Source: a virus
Lineage: Duplodnaviria > Caudoviricetes
DNA: 64,000 bases
Reading direction: 5' to 3' (one strand)
IMG/VR virus record: IMGVR_UViG_3300013121_000029
Span: 32,001-96,000 of that record
Made by a program: the position numbers and the translations under genes. The notes under the pieces were generated by a model. The model saw only the letters and a list, made by a program, of their open reading frames with translations. It had not been told where the DNA came from and did not search any database. Shown here piece by piece: positions 10,361 to 20,368 of this stretch (within the stretch, counting starts at the first letter, position 1; each line of letters begins with the position of its first letter).

Positions 10361-10621
10361 TTACCCCCTCAACAATTCTCTACCATTTACGTCAACAATG
10401 GCAATTCGTAACAAAGCTCCAGCATTCTCTAAAAGCAGCTTTGCTAATGCTGATTGAGCTGCTTGTGGTGTGGTAAATTTTGGCGAAGCTTCACTAATAC
10501 CATTTTTAACAACATAATATTGTGTAGGTTCTACATCTTGTATTTTCGATTGTGGTTGGTTAATTGCTAATCCATCAGATTGGATAGCAGGATTATCATT
10601 AATTAATGTTTTTTTATCCAT
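10361..10621 (-). CDS. Hypothetical protein
   Basis: Likely start MDKKT at 10621 after an AAGGA RBS. Confidence 0.5.
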   Translation of the reverse strand: MDKKTLINDNPAIQSDGLAINQPQSKIQDVEPTQYYVVKNGISEASPKFTTPQAAQSALAKLLLENAGALLRIAIVDVNGRELLRG

Positions 10622-10625
10622 GTTT

Positions 10626-11075
10626 TCATCCTTCAAGTTTTGATTTAATGTATGTAGAAGCAAATTCATTATCATATGTACCATCATGATCTTTTCTTAA
10701 GGCACCAAATACTTTACCGAACTCTTTAATAGACGTTGCATTGACTTGTACACAAAGTTGATCAATAAGTTGTTTTAATTCTTCCTGAGTTTTTTGTGGT
10801 GGTAAAAATCCCATTAGAACGTCACGTTCGATAGAAGTTTTGTTGGATATACCAGCTACTTTTTCCGTTTCAGTAATATTCTTAATGTATTGTTTTACAA
10901 GTTGTACAATTTCCAACGTAGATAATTCACGTTTATAGTTCTTTTGTTGTTTCTCAATATCACCAATAAAAGAAGATAGTAATAATGCTTTAATCTCAGA
11001 TGTTGGATTTTTTGTCTTCATAAAATCAAGACGTGCTGCAATTTGGGCACGTTTGATATCGGTAACGCTACTCAT
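10626..11075 (-). CDS. GatB/YqeY domain protein
   Basis: E-x-x-V-L-x-x-F-L-P-x-Q and FGKVFGAL pattern; 149 aa. Confidence 0.75.
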   Translation of the reverse strand: MSSVTDIKRAQIAARLDFMKTKNPTSEIKALLLSSFIGDIEKQQKNYKRELSTLEIVQLVKQYIKNITETEKVAGISNKTSIERDVLMGFLPPQKTQEELKQLIDQLCVQVNATSIKEFGKVFGALRKDHDGTYDNEFASTYIKSKLEG

Positions 11076-11086
11076 TTTTGACTCCT

Positions 11087-11608
11087 TTAAGTTATGTCTA
11101 GTAGTAATTTGATAGTAGAGATATCTCTCCTAGCAAGATTATATATGGGTATTTTATAATAAGTTGCAATTCGTAATGCTTGACCAGTGCCTCCAGTATT
11201 AATAGTTGTTTTGTTGCCATCTTCACAACCATCAGCTGTATAACAAACGACAAAGTCAACTGGGTCGTCACAATTTATTCCTAAAATTTGATGAACGTTT
11301 CTCGAATGTAGATTTCTAACAGCCCTTTCCAACATTGTCCATTTGGGATGGAATTGCTGAGCAATTTGTTCAGCTTTATCGGATTTTTTATACAAAAGTG
11401 AGGGATTATTGTTGAATCCTTTCCAAGGTAAAAAAATCTCCATTTGACCCTTTCCTTGAACAGCTCCTCTCTCAAATGCTAAATCACAACCATCGGCTCC
11501 TCCGCTACGTAATAACCATCCTTGTTCAGCAGCTGATTTTGCAAACTCTTCTATTTGTGTTATAATGTGTGGCGGAACTGTCCTGCTTCCTATTCCAGCA
11601 TATTTCAT
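11087..11608 (-). CDS. SLOG/DprA-like nucleotide-binding protein
   Basis: YAGIGSR, LRSGGADGCD, GGTGQALRIA. Confidence 0.75.
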   Translation of the reverse strand: MKYAGIGSRTVPPHIITQIEEFAKSAAEQGWLLRSGGADGCDLAFERGAVQGKGQMEIFLPWKGFNNNPSLLYKKSDKAEQIAQQFHPKWTMLERAVRNLHSRNVHQILGINCDDPVDFVVCYTADGCEDGNKTTINTGGTGQALRIATYYKIPIYNLARRDISTIKLLLDIT

Positions 11609-12750
11609 TAGATAAGTTCTCCTCTTTTTCCGAAGAGTGTTTTGAGAGTATCGTTTGTGATAACTCCATCCTTAATTATAGTTCCGGCATGTAAAGATTC
11701 AAACATTTCAACTAAATCTTCACGATGCACTAATTCATCAGTATCAATATTGGATACCATTAAATCCACGTAAGGATAAATAGCATTTGCTAATAATTCT
11801 GATGATGTTTTAGGTACAGAACCAGGCATATTGGGAATGGCGATGAAATAATGCTTTCCAATTTTCTTATATCGATCAATAAGATTAGTAGGTTCAATTC
11901 CTTCAATACAACCACCCTGATCGATAGACACATCCACAAATACAGTACTTCTATATTCTGGTCCTTGCATTGTATCTATCATTTCTTTGGTAATTAGTTT
12001 AGGTGCCTTATCATCAGGAACTAACGCTCCACAAACGACAATGCCAACGTCATTGGTATAATTACAAAGACGTTCTTTGAAAATTGTGGGATCTTCAGCA
12101 ATATTAAAAGTACTAATGCTTGGAAAGAATCCTTGTATTGAATCTAATTTATTTTGATTAACATCAAATACTTCAATATAAGGATCATCACCATCTGCAG
12201 TACTGACAGCATGAAATCCTACTGTTCCTGCTCCTACAACTAATACACGGTGAGCATCATTTAACACTTCACCTAGTTCTGTTCTAAGAACATCGTTTGC
12301 CATATGGATTGCTAATTTTCCAGCAATTTTTGACATTGGAAATAGAAGAGGTAACGATAATTGTCCATACCTATTTTTAATAGATACACTTTCAAATGCG
12401 ATGCATGTCACCTTTCTTTCGAGTAGTATTTTAGTTAGATGAGGAAAGGCTGCAAGATGAAAATAACAAAATAAGATATGGGAATCGTTTAAGTATTGCA
12501 AATCAAATTGATTAGGTTCTTTAACTTTAACAATTAAACGAGCGTTGCTATAAACAGTATAAACTGAGCCAACAATCGCTCCTGCTCTTGTATAATCTTC
12601 ATTTGAGAACCCTGCTGATTTTCCAGCGTTTGTTTCTACATATACTTTAATGCCAGGATTTTTTTGTATGATAGCTTCAACGTGATAGGGGGTTAACGCG
12701 ACACGTCCCTCACCAAGTTTTCGTTCAACAGGAATACCAATATTATACAT
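11608..12750 (-). CDS. ald: Alanine dehydrogenase
   Basis: IGIP..E.RVALTP, VKVKEP, YFHLAA, LPLLFPMSKIAG, VVGAGTVG, DVSIDQGGC, PNMPGSVP. Confidence 0.85.
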   Translation of the reverse strand: MYNIGIPVERKLGEGRVALTPYHVEAIIQKNPGIKVYVETNAGKSAGFSNEDYTRAGAIVGSVYTVYSNARLIVKVKEPNQFDLQYLNDSHILFCYFHLAAFPHLTKILLERKVTCIAFESVSIKNRYGQLSLPLLFPMSKIAGKLAIHMANDVLRTELGEVLNDAHRVLVVGAGTVGFHAVSTADGDDPYIEVFDVNQNKLDSIQGFFPSISTFNIAEDPTIFKERLCNYTNDVGIVVCGALVPDDKAPKLITKEMIDTMQGPEYRSTVFVDVSIDQGGCIEGIEPTNLIDRYKKIGKHYFIAIPNMPGSVPKTSSELLANAIYPYVDLMVSNIDTDELVHREDLVEMFESLHAGTIIKDGVITNDTLKTLFGKRGELI

Positions 12751-12755
12751 AATTA

Positions 12756-12806
12756 AACCTCGAATCGAGATGAAGTAATTATACTAGATTTCGATTCGAG
12801 GTTCAA
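12756..12806 (-). promoter_or_regulatory. Sigma70 promoter (TTGAAC-17-TATAAT) inside a 13-bp inverted repeat that covers the ald RBS
   Basis: AACCTCGAATCGA 12756-12768 / TCGATTCGAGGTT 12791-12803. Confidence 0.65.
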
Positions 12807-12813
12807 CCGGTTT

Positions 12814-14259
12814 TTAGACTGTTACATACTCCATTGCTTTATTCGTTAACTCACGAATTTCATCAATCGTTTGATCACGTAACAATGCACCATTTTCAAA
12901 CACTACATCCATTAAATCAGTATCTGTTGGTAATACATCTTCAATGCGTTTCGATACAATATCACCTTCATATGTTTGAACTGTAGTCAAACGACCTTTT
13001 CTTGAGGTCTTTCCTGAATCAGTAATTGGGTCTTTGAATACATCTCTCCAAACACCATTTACACAAATCGCTGATGCTTTTTGAGCGAATTTGTAATCAT
13101 CACGAGTTACACCTTGTAATAAAGCACCACCCATTCCAAATACAAAGTTTTCAGCACTAATTCCACGTTCTGCAGCAAAGTATAGAATATCGTGAATTGT
13201 ATCGAAATTAATACCATCTCCCTGTAATACACGAATATATGGCGGAAGTACTTTGTACCCTTTAGAGTTAATAGTGTATCCAAATAATTTCATTAATTTA
13301 GTTACACAATCAATTGGTACAGTTACAGGATCGCCAGAATCAGGTCTTACAACAAAACGACCACCAGCATTTACAATACGATCTTTATACTGTGTTCCTA
13401 CTTTTTGCACAAAACGCATTGTGTCATATGTATCAGCTACACAAGAAACGATTTGGAATGATTTAGTATCTTTGCAACGTTGTTCCAAGATACTTACCAT
13501 CTTTTCGATTGCTGGTGTATCATCTCTTTCTTCAGCAATTGAATTAGCACACATTGTTGAGTGTTCTGATGCAATTACAGAGAATCCAATAACACCTGTA
13601 GCATTATAGTAATCAATTGCAGCTACTAAACCACCCATCGTATCTGTTCCAAAGAAGTTAACCAAGTGAGCAACATCCCCGATTTGAGCACTTTCTTCAG
13701 AGGACACACCACGATATCCAAAATCATGTAATGCAAACGCGAGACTGTCAAGGTTATCGGCTGTTTTTTCTAACCAATTTTTGATTTCCAATTTAATTCT
13801 AAATGAGTTAGTAGCAACAGTAGAACCATACCAAGCTGCTTTAAGAGCAAGAGTTTCGAAGTAAGATGGAATCCATGGAAACTCAGGATCAGTATTTTCG
13901 ATGGTATATAAAACTGTTTTAGTAGGAACAACCATTCCTTCTTTGACAGCTCTAATACGAATGGGTAAGAATCCGTTACATTTATTAACTAAACGTTCCC
14001 ATCCTGTGCGATTGAAAATACCAGGTCCTAAGTGCGCATCGATTAATGATTGAGCGTAATCAACGTCTTTCATAGTAATTTGTTTAACAAGGTAGTTTTT
14101 TAATGCAATTTGCATTCCAAAATATACCACCCATTCAAAACCTGATACAGAACCTCTTGATCCACCATGTGAGTGAACATATTCAGTTCCTTCTGGATTC
14201 TGCATCCAGTGTCCTACTTTGTAGGAGTCAGACATCATAATTAAGTTTTTTGTTTTCAT
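12814..14259 (-). CDS. nadV: Nicotinamide phosphoribosyltransferase
   Basis: DSYKxxH, LHDFGYRG, ASEHS, DTYD, VVRPDSGDP, LQGDG, FGMGGALLQ. Confidence 0.92.
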   Translation of the reverse strand: MKTKNLIMMSDSYKVGHWMQNPEGTEYVHSHGGSRGSVSGFEWVVYFGMQIALKNYLVKQITMKDVDYAQSLIDAHLGPGIFNRTGWERLVNKCNGFLPIRIRAVKEGMVVPTKTVLYTIENTDPEFPWIPSYFETLALKAAWYGSTVATNSFRIKLEIKNWLEKTADNLDSLAFALHDFGYRGVSSEESAQIGDVAHLVNFFGTDTMGGLVAAIDYYNATGVIGFSVIASEHSTMCANSIAEERDDTPAIEKMVSILEQRCKDTKSFQIVSCVADTYDTMRFVQKVGTQYKDRIVNAGGRFVVRPDSGDPVTVPIDCVTKLMKLFGYTINSKGYKVLPPYIRVLQGDGINFDTIHDILYFAAERGISAENFVFGMGGALLQGVTRDDYKFAQKASAICVNGVWRDVFKDPITDSGKTSRKGRLTTVQTYEGDIVSKRIEDVLPTDTDLMDVVFENGALLRDQTIDEIRELTNKAMEYVTV

Positions 14260-14277
14260 AGTAAGCACCTCGCTTGT

Positions 14278-15390
14278 TTATTTGATTGTTAAATTTGATG
14301 AAATAATGTGGTAATGATCGTCGAAGAATCTTTCTTCCACTTTTGGAAGGAATTCGATCGGTAACCATTCTACATGGAGAGCATCACTCCCTGCTTTTAC
14401 CTTCGGTAACGTTGGCTCATCAAGCACAATGATACCTGCATGTGTAATTGTTTGTCCTCTTAGAGAACGATTTGGAGCATCATACACATTGATTGTTTTT
14501 AAACATTTTTCGATAATTCTTGGTGGAACATCAATACTTGTTTCTTCTTTAAGTTCACGTAATATACATTGTTTAAGTGTTTCTTTACGTTTAGCTTCAA
14601 GGAAGCCACCTGGTAAGGCTAATAATCCTCTTCCTTGTTTACCACCACGCGTAACAGTAAGAACATAACCATTACAATATACTACTGCATCACCAGTTAC
14701 AAATGGTCCTTCACCATAAATTTTACGTTTTGCTTCAATGTCATTTTTCCAATCGATTAAATTTTCAAGAACGTATTCGTGTTCATTAAAAATGGATTGA
14801 ATCTTTTCGATTACAGGTTTACAAGTAATTTGTTCAACGAAATTGATACTATCGACTTCATGTTGTTGGAATGTTTGTGTTCCAAACTTCCACAGATACA
14901 TTAATGATGAATCAAATAAATGTTCACGAATATTAGTGGCATTTACAATCTTTCCATTAATTTCATATGCTGATACTTCAGCATATTTCCATTGTGGTTT
15001 AAACCATTTGATATATGAAGAGGAATTATCCTTTTCGTAACCAAATAAAGTTACTTCGTAAGGTTCTTGTACGGTGGCATGAATGATATTTGATACTTGT
15101 GTACGTACGGCAATTAACCAATCAGCATCTGAGTAGTGATAATCACGAACGTATGTAAATTGAATTCTTTTTAATGTATCAGCATCGTACATGGCTGATA
15201 CCATCATTTGTCTTTCAGCAGCAGTGAAAGGATCTTTAGGGGTTCTAGGGGATTTTGCAGAACCGAGACAGACAATTACAAAGTCAGATGATTGTAATGC
15301 TGTATCGATAAGGTGTTTGTGTCCTTTGTGGGGAGGGTTCATTCTCCCAATAACGACACCGAATTTTATTGCTTTTTTATTTGTATTCAT
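14278..15390 (-). CDS. Bifunctional NMN adenylyltransferase / ADP-ribose Nudix hydrolase (NadM/NatV-like)
   Basis: GRMNPPHKGH, NATNIRE, Nudix box GGFLE...RELKEET, FFDDHYHII. Confidence 0.9.
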   Translation of the reverse strand: MNTNKKAIKFGVVIGRMNPPHKGHKHLIDTALQSSDFVIVCLGSAKSPRTPKDPFTAAERQMMVSAMYDADTLKRIQFTYVRDYHYSDADWLIAVRTQVSNIIHATVQEPYEVTLFGYEKDNSSSYIKWFKPQWKYAEVSAYEINGKIVNATNIREHLFDSSLMYLWKFGTQTFQQHEVDSINFVEQITCKPVIEKIQSIFNEHEYVLENLIDWKNDIEAKRKIYGEGPFVTGDAVVYCNGYVLTVTRGGKQGRGLLALPGGFLEAKRKETLKQCILRELKEETSIDVPPRIIEKCLKTINVYDAPNRSLRGQTITHAGIIVLDEPTLPKVKAGSDALHVEWLPIEFLPKVEERFFDDHYHIISSNLTIK

Positions 15391-15430
15391 GTTTGGCCTC
15401 CAAACGTTTAATTATTGATTTTGTAAAACT

Positions 15431-15459
15431 ATTATAATATAAGTCCCACCTTGGGACAA
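15431..15459 (-). promoter_or_regulatory. Sigma70 promoter of the NAD operon with a palindrome over spacer and -35
   Basis: TTGTCC-17-TATAAT; GTCCCA-N3-TGGGAC at 15443-15457. Confidence 0.5.
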
Positions 15460-15515
15460 GAGTATTTAGTAATTATTTTAAAAAGGTTCCTGTATTAATT
15501 GTTAAATCAGTTAGT

Positions 15516-16079
15516 TCATATTGAATTTGCTTTACATAATGAATATGCTCGATTTTTCCATCCGTTTTCGAATACTTTTAATTTTGGGTTACGAGCAATT
15601 ATTCGTTGATAAAATCCCCACATTTCATCACAAAATGCAGTTAATAAGATTTGTTCTTTATCATCAGCACAAGCATTAATAACTCCCATGGTAGCAGGAC
15701 CAACGATGCCATCAACTGTCAATCTCATTCCGAATGCTTTATTAAGAGCAGTTTGCAATAGCTTATGTGCTTGAGAAGTACCCATATTTACAGCAGCATC
15801 AAATACTTTTGTGGCAATAGTATCATCAACAATGTTACCATATTTGTTCTTATCCCACCAAATTTTTTGATAGATTTTCTTAGCATCAGCAATTTTCATA
15901 TTTTTGATGTCTTGAATATCAACATCCCCATCTTTATCGATATCACCAAGTTCAGGATAATCTTTTAAGAATCTCAATGATACACCATAATTCGTTGCAC
16001 CACCAGGATCATTAGGGTTATTAACATAACCACCTTCATGTTTAAGTAATACTACTATTGCTTTTTCGAAATTTGCCAT
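15516..16079 (-). CDS. Endolysin, glycoside hydrolase family 108 with peptidoglycan-binding domain
   Basis: HEGGYVNNPNDPGGATNYGV, FDAAVNMG, VDGIVGPAT, FENGWKNR. Confidence 0.9.
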   Translation of the reverse strand: MANFEKAIVVLLKHEGGYVNNPNDPGGATNYGVSLRFLKDYPELGDIDKDGDVDIQDIKNMKIADAKKIYQKIWWDKNKYGNIVDDTIATKVFDAAVNMGTSQAHKLLQTALNKAFGMRLTVDGIVGPATMGVINACADDKEQILLTAFCDEMWGFYQRIIARNPKLKVFENGWKNRAYSLCKANSI

Positions 16080-16089
16080 TTTTATATCC

Positions 16090-16347
16090 TTATGTTATAT
16101 CTATTTTTGCTATTATTTTAAGTGCTGCTAACCATTTAACAACAGCTTCTGCTTCCTTGTATTTATCAAATATAAAAGCATCACCCATATCACGCGACCA
16201 CATAACAGTATTATGTTTAACGTTATCATAATCTGCAAGATAGAAATGAGGGGTTTTATCAGTTTTCTGTCGAACAATGACATATTCCATTACATTATTA
16301 TCCATCGCGTCGTCGTCATCTTCGTGAAAGTACATATTATACCTCAT
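16090..16347 (-). CDS. Hypothetical protein
   Basis: 85-aa ORF, TAATG-coupled to the upstream gene. Confidence 0.5.
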   Translation of the reverse strand: MRYNMYFHEDDDDAMDNNVMEYVIVRQKTDKTPHFYLADYDNVKHNTVMWSRDMGDAFIFDKYKEAEAVVKWLAALKIIAKIDIT

Positions 16348-17138
16348 TAAAATTTTGCATATTCAGGGAATCCTTCATCTATAAGTTCTTGTTTTATTAC
16401 ATCTAATTCTCTTTCGTAAATTGGTATTTTCATGTGTTTTCTAACAATACGATCGACTTCATATGGTATTCCACTTAACGATAATAAATCAATACCACGT
16501 ATCATAAACACGCCCATAATATTTGATTTGATTGGTGAACTACTAATAAAAGATTGTTTAACTTGTTTGCACGTTTTATGTATATTATGCAATGTGGTAA
16601 GTGATTTACTACTTATATGAATACCTGATTCTGGACTTGAAGGATATCCTTCGACGCTTGTAATTTGATCACATCCGAATGTAGTTAAACTTCCTTTTAA
16701 TACAGAAGGTAGTCCTTTAACTGATGTTATTGGTAATGATGCTAATGTGATGTCTCCGCCTACATGAGAAGGAAAATGTTCTAACGACGTAATGCTGCAA
16801 TTTCTGATATGACAATTAGATCCGATATATATTGGACATCCTTTCAAAGATGTTAAATTAGGCAAGTCCATTAGTGTGAAATCCCCTGAGACCGTGTGTG
16901 GACACCAACCTTCGAGACTTGTCAATTTGGAGGATGTAAATAGTTTAAAATCACCAACGACTTCACCAAAACGAAGATGTGGTAATAACGGTTTAACACA
17001 CCTATCGTAATCAATACATGTCCATTGTCTATGGTTAGCGTTAGCAAAATTTAGATTAACATATCCTTCTTTTGATAAAGAAAGATATTTTAAGGGTATA
17101 AAGGATAACTTTGAAAATTCTTGTAATATATTGTCCAT
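16347..17138 (-). CDS. LRR-like (LTSLxGCP) repeat protein
   Basis: Repeats LTSLEGWCP, LTSLKGCP, ITSLEHFP, ITSVKGLP; late promoter 17165-17171. Confidence 0.7.
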   Translation of the reverse strand: MDNILQEFSKLSFIPLKYLSLSKEGYVNLNFANANHRQWTCIDYDRCVKPLLPHLRFGEVVGDFKLFTSSKLTSLEGWCPHTVSGDFTLMDLPNLTSLKGCPIYIGSNCHIRNCSITSLEHFPSHVGGDITLASLPITSVKGLPSVLKGSLTTFGCDQITSVEGYPSSPESGIHISSKSLTTLHNIHKTCKQVKQSFISSSPIKSNIMGVFMIRGIDLLSLSGIPYEVDRIVRKHMKIPIYERELDVIKQELIDEGFPEYAKF

Positions 17139-17181
17139 AAACAGTTATCATTGATTGGATTAACTATTTATGGACAAATAG

Positions 17182-17553
17182 TCATTTTAACTTTGCTTTA
17201 TGAACGATTCCATCATTTATATTCATTACATAATATGATTGATCAATTTCGTTGTTGTTATGTACACAAACATCAAATATAGCTGATTCGACAGGAACTT
17301 TAAGATTGTTAACTACTTTATTAAACAATTTTTCAAGTTGTTGTGGTTTTGAAGGAAGTACAACGTCCCCATATATGGAAAGAATAATGCTAGAAGTGCT
17401 AGCATATCTATCGTTATTATTTAAAACAACAATATTTAATTTATCATATGGTAATATCTGTTTTGCAATTTGCACAAAATTAATATCACCGTGTTTTGCT
17501 TCAATGTGATTAAGATGAATACTACCATTAATTCTTACGAAAGTATCTGCCAT
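17182..17553 (-). CDS. Hypothetical protein
   Basis: 123 aa, GAGGAG RBS. Confidence 0.55.
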   Translation of the reverse strand: MADTFVRINGSIHLNHIEAKHGDINFVQIAKQILPYDKLNIVVLNNNDRYASTSSIILSIYGDVVLPSKPQQLEKLFNKVVNNLKVPVESAIFDVCVHNNNEIDQSYYVMNINDGIVHKAKLK

Positions 17554-17564
17554 TTTAGTTCTCC

Positions 17565-17882
17565 TCAGAAAATACTCATTGCACGTTTATAATCATCAAT
17601 TGCTGTATCACACATAGACTTATCATATTTTACTACTTTTCCGTTATAGTAATCTTCGATGGCTTCTATTGCCACTTCTTCTTTCGCGGCCATGTCCCAT
17701 AATTCGCCTGTATCATTATCGAATATCAACCAACAACTAACATCAAAGTCTTGTTTTGTTTGATATTCACCTGGTTCGAAGATATCTGTGTTAGTCCATT
17801 TATTATGGGAGGGATTTTTACATTCTTTATAATCTATAGAGAATTCGACTTCATCTTTGTGAATTAATAGGTACTCTTTCAT
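17565..17882 (-). CDS. Hypothetical protein
   Basis: 105-aa ORF in operon. Confidence 0.55.
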   Translation of the reverse strand: MKEYLLIHKDEVEFSIDYKECKNPSHNKWTNTDIFEPGEYQTKQDFDVSCWLIFDNDTGELWDMAAKEEVAIEAIEDYYNGKVVKYDKSMCDTAIDDYKRAMSIF

Positions 17883-17883
17883 A

Positions 17884-18333
17884 TTAGTAATTAAATAACC
17901 TCACTTTTACATTGTGTCCAATAAGATATGGAACACCATCTCCTTGACTGTTTTGTGGATAATATTCTTTATATACCACTTCTTTAATGCCTGAGTTTTG
18001 GATACGTTTAGCACAAGGTAAACAAGGACTCACAGTCAAATACATTATTGCATTTTCAGATCCGAAAGTAGACTTTGTAAGTTTATCCAACGCATTTTCT
18101 TCTGCATGTAAAACTTCTGGTTTAGTAATCATTGTACCATCTTCTAAAACATGCTCACAATCATTTGAATCACCAGAAGGAGTCCCGTTCCACCCATGAG
18201 AAATAATTTGAGTATCTTTAATTATAATACATCCCACTTGTTTTCGTCTTGCATAACTCATTAATGCTACTCGACTTGCTAGATCCATGTACAATGTATC
18301 ATACTTTAATTGTTTTTCTTGTTCAATTGTCAT
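17884..18333 (-). CDS. dCMP deaminase
   Basis: GWNGTP, HAEENA, SPCLPCA zinc motifs. Confidence 0.9.
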   Translation of the reverse strand: MTIEQEKQLKYDTLYMDLASRVALMSYARRKQVGCIIIKDTQIISHGWNGTPSGDSNDCEHVLEDGTMITKPEVLHAEENALDKLTKSTFGSENAIMYLTVSPCLPCAKRIQNSGIKEVVYKEYYPQNSQGDGVPYLIGHNVKVRLFNY

Positions 18334-18577
18334 AAAATGTTACTACTCCATCTTTATCATCTAAGTAAGGAAACAACCCTTGAGCAGCAGTATACGGAAA
18401 GGGTGTTCCGAAATTTATAACAGTTTGAGCATCTTCTTGTTCATTACTTGGTTCTTCTACTACTCCTATAAAGGCACATTGGTGTTGATTCTTATCTTCA
18501 ACTAATACAACACCAATTAATCCTGATAGTCCATGAAACCAAAAATAATCAACGACTTTGTAAGATGATGGACTCAT
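18323..18577 (-). CDS. Hypothetical protein
   Basis: 84-aa ORF with GAGG RBS. Confidence 0.55.
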   Translation of the reverse strand: MSPSSYKVVDYFWFHGLSGLIGVVLVEDKNQHQCAFIGVVEEPSNEQEDAQTVINFGTPFPYTAAQGLFPYLDDKDGVVTFYDN

Positions 18578-18582
18578 ATTTA

Positions 18583-19155
18583 TTACCTCAATTTAACACC
18601 TGTTTCGATTCCTGTTTCGAATGCATTGTTAGCATAACCACTCTTAATAGGAGTACACATTTTTTCTAAATCTTTGACTTTTGGAAATCCAAGAATACGT
18701 AACATTAAACCACTAACAGCATAGTTACGATAATTTTGATACTCGGCACATTGATCGAGTAATATAGTTTGTTCGTTTTCGAATTTATTACGACCTGCTT
18801 CTATCATAGTTTGAATTGTACGATATAATGCAGGATCAATTGAGGGATTATTTTCTTTAATCCATTGCCAAGTGGCTTGACTTCCATTCTCACCATAACG
18901 TCCACCAATTGCAGCTTGAACAACTTTTGTCAAGTCATCTCTCGCCATATCAGTCACTTGTGCAGCTTCAACGATCTTTAAAGAATATGCTGAAAGAACA
19001 TTTTGGTTATTCTTGTATGTTCGTTCGATTCCTGTTTCATAACTAATTGCAGTATTGTGAACGTTGATAAGCATTCCTACAATTGCTAGGATCGGAACGA
19101 CGATACAAAATATAATTGTTGCTATAAGTACTACAGTTTTAATGTTACTATTCAT
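18583..19155 (-). CDS. Membrane-anchored LemA-like protein
   Basis: N-terminal TM helix, helical body, WQWIKENNP, IEAGRNKF. Confidence 0.55.
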   Translation of the reverse strand: MNSNIKTVVLIATIIFCIVVPILAIVGMLINVHNTAISYETGIERTYKNNQNVLSAYSLKIVEAAQVTDMARDDLTKVVQAAIGGRYGENGSQATWQWIKENNPSIDPALYRTIQTMIEAGRNKFENEQTILLDQCAEYQNYRNYAVSGLMLRILGFPKVKDLEKMCTPIKSGYANNAFETGIETGVKLR

Positions 19156-19197
19156 TTGTTAGGGACCTCTTTTGATAAGTTCATAGTTAATATACTT

Positions 19198-20358
19198 TTA
19201 TTTTGTAAATGGATCAACATCGTTTTTATGGAAAAATATTGTCAGCCCTATTGGACATAAAAAGCATATAAATCCAACGATCCACAAAATCCAAACAGGA
19301 GGCTCAATCCTACTTTCTAAATATTTAAAATCTTCCATTTTAGGACGATTATAATTGGATTTGATTTGCTCCATAACAATTTTAGATATGTCTACTGGAT
19401 TTGTTTGTTCAGGAGAAAGAGATATTAGTTTATTACGTAATTCAACTTGGAACAATTCATTATTATAATTTTTTGCCCATGTCATAACATCAGCCCATAC
19501 TAATTTAGTATTAGTAGGATCATAACCCAAGAATATAACCACGTCGTTTTTCTTTCCGCCAACCCAAGCACGTTCGATATCATGTCTAATAGTACTATCA
19601 GGGTTGTTGGTTAAAATAACGGTTGCATTTACTTGATATATAGCACCAGCATCACGCAAAATGTTTCCTATTTCAAGATTATATGCTTCTAATAGATTTT
19701 GTTTATTTACATCTTTAAATTGTAAAGCCAATGCGTGTTTAGTGCGATAATAATCAAATACAATTGGATATACAGGAGCAACAATTTTAGCCTTATATCC
19801 AACAGTATTATTGAATAAACTATCAGGGGCTGCTTTCACATAATTAGTAAATGTGTGACTAGAACTAGCCGGTTCTCCCACGTATGCTTTTGTCCATCTT
19901 GGAGGTTCATTAGCTCCTTGTTTGTCAACACGAGAAATAGTATGTGTTGTAAAAGAGTCTGTAACGTACCATTTCCTTTCCCATGGATAATGATATTTGT
20001 ATTGTGTTTTATATCTTGGGTGACAAGTTCGGTGTCCCTGAGAATCTGTAGTACACCTGTCAGGATACACACGTTTTTGACGTGTAGAATATTCTGTGCA
20101 AAAGGAATCAGGCCAATCGTTCCATCCTGATGGACAAGTTTCTGTTCTTTGTGTTTTAGACAAAACCTTGCCATTAAGGATTTCTGTATCAACAGTTTGA
20201 GAATATTTTCCTGTAAAGTAGAATAATGATGAAGAAGTGACTACTATTAATATTGCGGTTGCGGTTTCAAACCAATTTATAGTCGATCGTAAAAACCATT
20301 TAGCTCCTAAAAACCAAATGATAGGAAACAATAAAAAGGCAATATAACGATAATCCAT
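19198..20358 (-). CDS. Multi-pass membrane protein (partner of the LemA-like gene)
   Basis: Two N-terminal and one C-terminal TM helix; Cys-rich segment; WVGGKKNDVV. Confidence 0.6.
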   Translation of the reverse strand: MDYRYIAFLLFPIIWFLGAKWFLRSTINWFETATAILIVVTSSSLFYFTGKYSQTVDTEILNGKVLSKTQRTETCPSGWNDWPDSFCTEYSTRQKRVYPDRCTTDSQGHRTCHPRYKTQYKYHYPWERKWYVTDSFTTHTISRVDKQGANEPPRWTKAYVGEPASSSHTFTNYVKAAPDSLFNNTVGYKAKIVAPVYPIVFDYYRTKHALALQFKDVNKQNLLEAYNLEIGNILRDAGAIYQVNATVILTNNPDSTIRHDIERAWVGGKKNDVVIFLGYDPTNTKLVWADVMTWAKNYNNELFQVELRNKLISLSPEQTNPVDISKIVMEQIKSNYNRPKMEDFKYLESRIEPPVWILWIVGFICFLCPIGLTIFFHKNDVDPFTK

Positions 20359-20368
20359 GGTTTAATCC

